64,000 nt of DNA from Mytilus trossulus (lineage: Eukaryota). Below are positions 60,201 through 64,000 of the stretch, one piece after another. The translations under genes and the position numbers were made by a program. How positions within the stretch are numbered: the first letter of the stretch is position 1; each line of letters begins with the position of its first letter. The notes below the pieces were generated by a model that worked only from the letters and a program-made list of their open reading frames with translations, had not been told where the DNA came from and did no database searches. The stretch lies in assembly GCF_036588685.1 (NCBI RefSeq), contig NC_086381.1, forward strand, positions 24,304,001 to 24,368,000. Direction: 5' to 3'.

Positions 60201-62892
60201 ACGAATCAAGACTACTGTAGATATGGAGGTTTAATTCTTAGAACAGGAATAACTTGCATGTACATGTAGCAAGAATTAAAAACTTTGAAGTTTTTAGTGT
60301 AGCTAGTAGTAAATTGACTTTTTTGCAAGCATTTATTGTTAGATCTGTTGACAAATAAACAATAAATCTTGGGGTGTCAGAATTAAATATATTTTTTTTT
60401 GGCAATTCAGGATTTACACTTATCAGGACACAGGAATTAATGATTATATTTTTTAGATCCTGGATTTAGTGTTTTATCAGGAATTAGGGATGACAACCCT
60501 TCTTTCACCTAACAATTGTATCATATATGACATGTATGGCATTGTTTAATACCTTTTTGTGGCTTACAAATAAGATGACTTAAGTCAAATCTTACTGATT
60601 AGATTAATACTTTTTATATCTTGTCATTTATTTTGGTGACATAGAGGAATAAAAAAAATCTAAATTGACAGTTATTAATTTTCTTTTGTTTTGAATTGCA
60701 AGAGTATTGCACATTATTAGGAGCAATGCATATATCTTTGCTTGGCAATAGAGTAAACATAAAAAGTCCTGCAAATGCAAAATTAGATGTACCCAACATT
60801 TTGAATATGTTTTTATGCCCCACCTACGATAGTAGAGGGGCATTATGTTTTCTGGTCTGTGCGTCCGTCCATCCGTCTGTCCCGCTTCAGGTTAAAGTTT
60901 TTGGTCAAGGTAGTTTTTGATGAAGTTGAAGTCCAACGACTTCAAACTTAGTACACATGTTCCCTATGATATGATCTTTCTAATTTTAATGCCAAATTAG
61001 AGTTTTTACCCTAATGTCACGGTCCACTGCACATAGAAAATAATATTGCGAGTGGGGCATTCGTGTACTGGGGACACATTCTTGTTTTTATAAAGATTTA
61101 AAAATAATATATACTCATATTTGCTTTTCACAATATATTTTCAGAAACTGAATTTTATGAGTGCTCTAGAACTTATTACAAGGGAAGCATTAAATGGCAA
61201 GTATAATTTAACTACATGTTATAGCTTATTCTGATGCTGTAAATCAATATTTTTATGGAAAACTGCAAAATTATTGTGAAGGAAATTCACAATAAATAAT
61301 GCAAGTTTTCATTGTTGCTTATCTAATACTGTCACATTTGTTGCTGTGTGGTTTAAGAAGTTACTAGCCAGTCAACACTAAGGTTGTGAGTTCGAACCCC
61401 GCTTGTGTGGGTGCATTCGACTACAATCTTGATTGACTAGGATTGTCAGTTTTCCTATCAAAGGTTCTCTTGGCACTCCGGCTTCCTCCACCCATAAAAA
61501 CTGGTCACCATGAAATAGCTTAAATGCCGTGCTAAAAAGTGTGCTTTTTAAAACACCAAAAAACAAATCAAATCACATCACTTTTTTTGCAGTGAAAACA
61601 TCGCAATAATTTCTGAATTTACAGTATTTTTTAAAAATTTACATCACCTGAGATTTTTTCAAAAATTAATTAACTACAGGTCTGATTTATATTAAATAAA
61701 AACCATATGATGTAGAAATGTTTAGATTTTTTAATGTTTATTTAATGCCTTAATTAATAGATAATTTTTTGAGTGGTAACTAACTTTTGTTCGATAAGTG
61801 TATGTCAGATACAGTATTTTAATTTCCAATGCAATTCTAATATATAACATCTATAAAACTATCATGAAAGTAAAATATCATCCTGACAAACTGTTGTCTT
61901 TTATTTGAAATTTCGGATTTTGTTTGGAAAGCAAAAGAGTTGTTTTGTTTTATTTTTATAACTTTGAGATGTGAGAAAAGGTTGTAATTTATTGATTTAC
62001 ACTATTTTTTAGAATTGAAGAATAAAAGATATGATAGAAGAAGAAGGACTACTGCTAACCCACTGTATAATTTTGAACCAGATATAGTAAGTAACCAAGG
62101 GGATAAAAATCACAAGCCTATTTGGGAGGATGCATAATATAAAAAAAACCTTGATAAAACCAAACTGGATTAAAACAACCCTTAACATCTTTATCGTTTT
62201 TTTAAGGAATGTCCTTAACCACCCATTTCTAAATAACAATAAACATTTAGTGGCAGACAACATTGTTTTAATGATTGTATTTTTTTCCATCTTTCTTTTG
62301 TATAGATTATACCAATTAACAAAAAAAAAATGTGACATAAAAAAATAAATAGATAAGAGTTATTTCCCTTTGTCCATTACCACCAAAAAATTCAAATCTA
62401 AGCAGTGTGGTAACTTTTAATCAGAGACCTTCAATTGTCTAGTTATTTTTTTTTACAGAATTTAGATGTTTATTGTTACATAAATAAATTATTGTAAAAT
62501 TTCATTTTCTGTGATCAAAATCATTGCAAATCTGTTTGACTTTTTTTTTTAAGTTTAATTGGGTTTGCATTTTGTTTAGGAATGCTTTATTTCTTACAGA
62601 AATTTAATGATTGGTTGATTTCATATTTGTTGCTTTTCAAACTCTATGGTTTTTGATATGTGTTTGTGTTATCTTGACATAATATTGGACTAAATGTATA
62701 CCAACTTAAAACCAGTTTTAAAAATTAACATTGAAATTGTTGCATTATTTCTTACTGCCTTTGTGTTTAGAAATAAGTGTGTATAAAGCCTGTATTAGAA
62801 ACTCATGCAATAATTGACATGTTTTATTTTACAGAGAAAGAGACCAAATAGTTTAACATTAAATTCACTTCCTGGTGGTAAAAGGTCCAGAG
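57255..62892 (+). CDS. PHF21A: PHD finger protein 21 (PHF21A/BHC80-like), 5' part; continues beyond the window
   Basis: Exons 57255-57320, 57655-57687, 57823-57888, 58534-58608, 59245-59691, 60056-60160, 61145-61196, 62013-62086, 62835-62892. LKSAIQNHQILVSKIKADLQNVELKTQLRDLQKQITVLSEKQRIIVQSLRK, PLRVPQY, KLNFMSALELIT, KRYDRRRRTTANPLY match vertebrate PHF21A; PHD finger not in window; invertebrate gene is probably co-orthologous to PHF21A and PHF21B. Confidence 0.88.
60810..61087. mobile_element. Short HINE-like element (copy 2)
   Basis: Highly similar to 53048-53343. Confidence 0.75.
61340..61575 (+). mobile_element. tRNA-derived SINE with Meta-type core
   Basis: B-box GAGTTCGAACCC (61388), core GGCACTCCGGCTTCCTCCACCCATAAAAACTGG, (CAAAT)n tail. 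Confidence 0.7.
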
Positions 62893-63101
62893 GTATGTAT
62901 CAGTTTATATATTGTACAATACCGTGTTTAATTATAGGATATAAATTTACTGTGATGAACCATTATTTATCTTATTTTGTTTTTCACTAATTTTGTGGAT
63001 ATCAGAAATCCGAAAGATTGGAATTGTACACTCCCTTTTTGGATAAATGCTTTAGTCTCTTATAACTTTTTATATCTAGATGTATTTCATTTATGAAAAT
63101 A

Positions 63102-64000
63102 CAGACCTGCCAACTTTTGAAAATCTCCATGGGGGATTTAGCGCGCGACAAGAACTTTAAGAGTTACAATTTTAGCGACTTTTCTGTGAGCATTGTTTTT
63201 TACTCCTAAAATAGTCTAAGTTCTCTCCTTTTTTCTTTTAGTATACTAATGATGAGCTTGTAGGCCTTGGTTTCTTTTATTTGCATGATTTTTGTACTAT
63301 TAAATTATAAAATTGACAAAATAAATGAGAAAATGGCATTAAAAATAAAGGATTCTAAGTAGAGACCCCACCCCCACCCCCACCCCCCATTTCCCCCCTC
63401 CAAAGACCTTCTCATCTATGAACCTTGACTCAAAACACCTAAAACTACATGTCCTAAAGTATGAAGGATGAAGACAGATTTTTATTTAGTCAGGCTTACT
63501 CATGGTATTATCAGTATCAATGAGAAAATGGATAAAATTTGAGTTATCTTTCTTTGTATTCAGAGGTGCTCTTACCAACGGAGGCTTATACAGTAACACA
63601 GTAGAAGTGTATACAAAATGGCGTCTATTTTAACCTTTTCTCTGCCATAGGGCCTATCCGGCCTATTCAAAAACACTACCGTTGAGTGCCACGCTGAGGC
63701 CCAAAGGCCAACGGAATTTTGACGTTACGTAATAATAAGCATTACGTCATAGTGCCAGAGTGCTTGATTTGGAAAATGGGCGGCGTGAACGCCGTGGATT
63801 CGGGTTTTGCCTGTCAGAAGAAGATGAAGAACCAGAGTTTAACGTTACCCAACGGGGAACAATTAGAAAGCCAGATAAAACTGGATTTTTACAAATGTTA
63901 ATTATGTTCATCATCAAAACTACTTTATCCGTACTAAAAGAAATAATCTAACTAAAAAAGAAGATTTTTCTTCTTTGAAGTCATAAAAAAGAATTCTAAA
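63102..64000 (+). mobile_element. Probable left end of a hAT-like transposon in a PHF21 intron
   Basis: Begins CAGACCTGCCAAC, resembling the CATACCTGTCAAC TIR at 4884; contains a GC-richer promoter-like tract at 63600-63810; other end not in window. Confidence 0.4.

Noticed and set aside
63719-63951. Short ORFs in a GC-richer tract as PHF21 exon or new gene
   Set aside because: No GRP AT-hook continuation or recognisable homology; more likely internal to a transposon starting at 63102

Overview
AT-rich (bivalve-type, most likely Mytilus mussel; inference from repeat families and gene content) eukaryotic genomic DNA with one assembly gap (55302-55557). Genes reconstructed by hand from splice sites: (1) a 5-exon, 311-aa cathepsin-L/papain-family gene (+, 33349-37153) whose catalytic Cys is replaced by Val, i.e. 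a probable pseudoprotease; (2) NUP50 (-, 7 coding exons, 51356-42276, 437 aa); (3) the 5' part of a PHF21A/B (BHC80) orthologue (+, from 57255, runs off the window), head-to-head with NUP50; (4) three tandem minus-strand paralogous ORFs of an unrecognised low-complexity family (15.1-21.6 kb). The rest is nested transposons (Academ, hAT with 6-bp TSD, MULE-like, Kolobok-like, MITEs, Helentron-like HINEs, Penelope-like RT, CR1-like LINEs, Gypsy remnant, Meta-type SINE). The most striking non-annotated signal is in the short dispersed repeats: they carry self-cleaving ribozyme folds - minimal type I hammerheads in three covarying variants, circularly permuted (type P5) twister ribozymes with an unusual double-palindrome in place of P1, and an unassigned pseudoknot + cUUCGg hairpin motif with compensatory changes on the same strand as the hammerheads. 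All structure calls are by eye and need computational and experimental confirmation.
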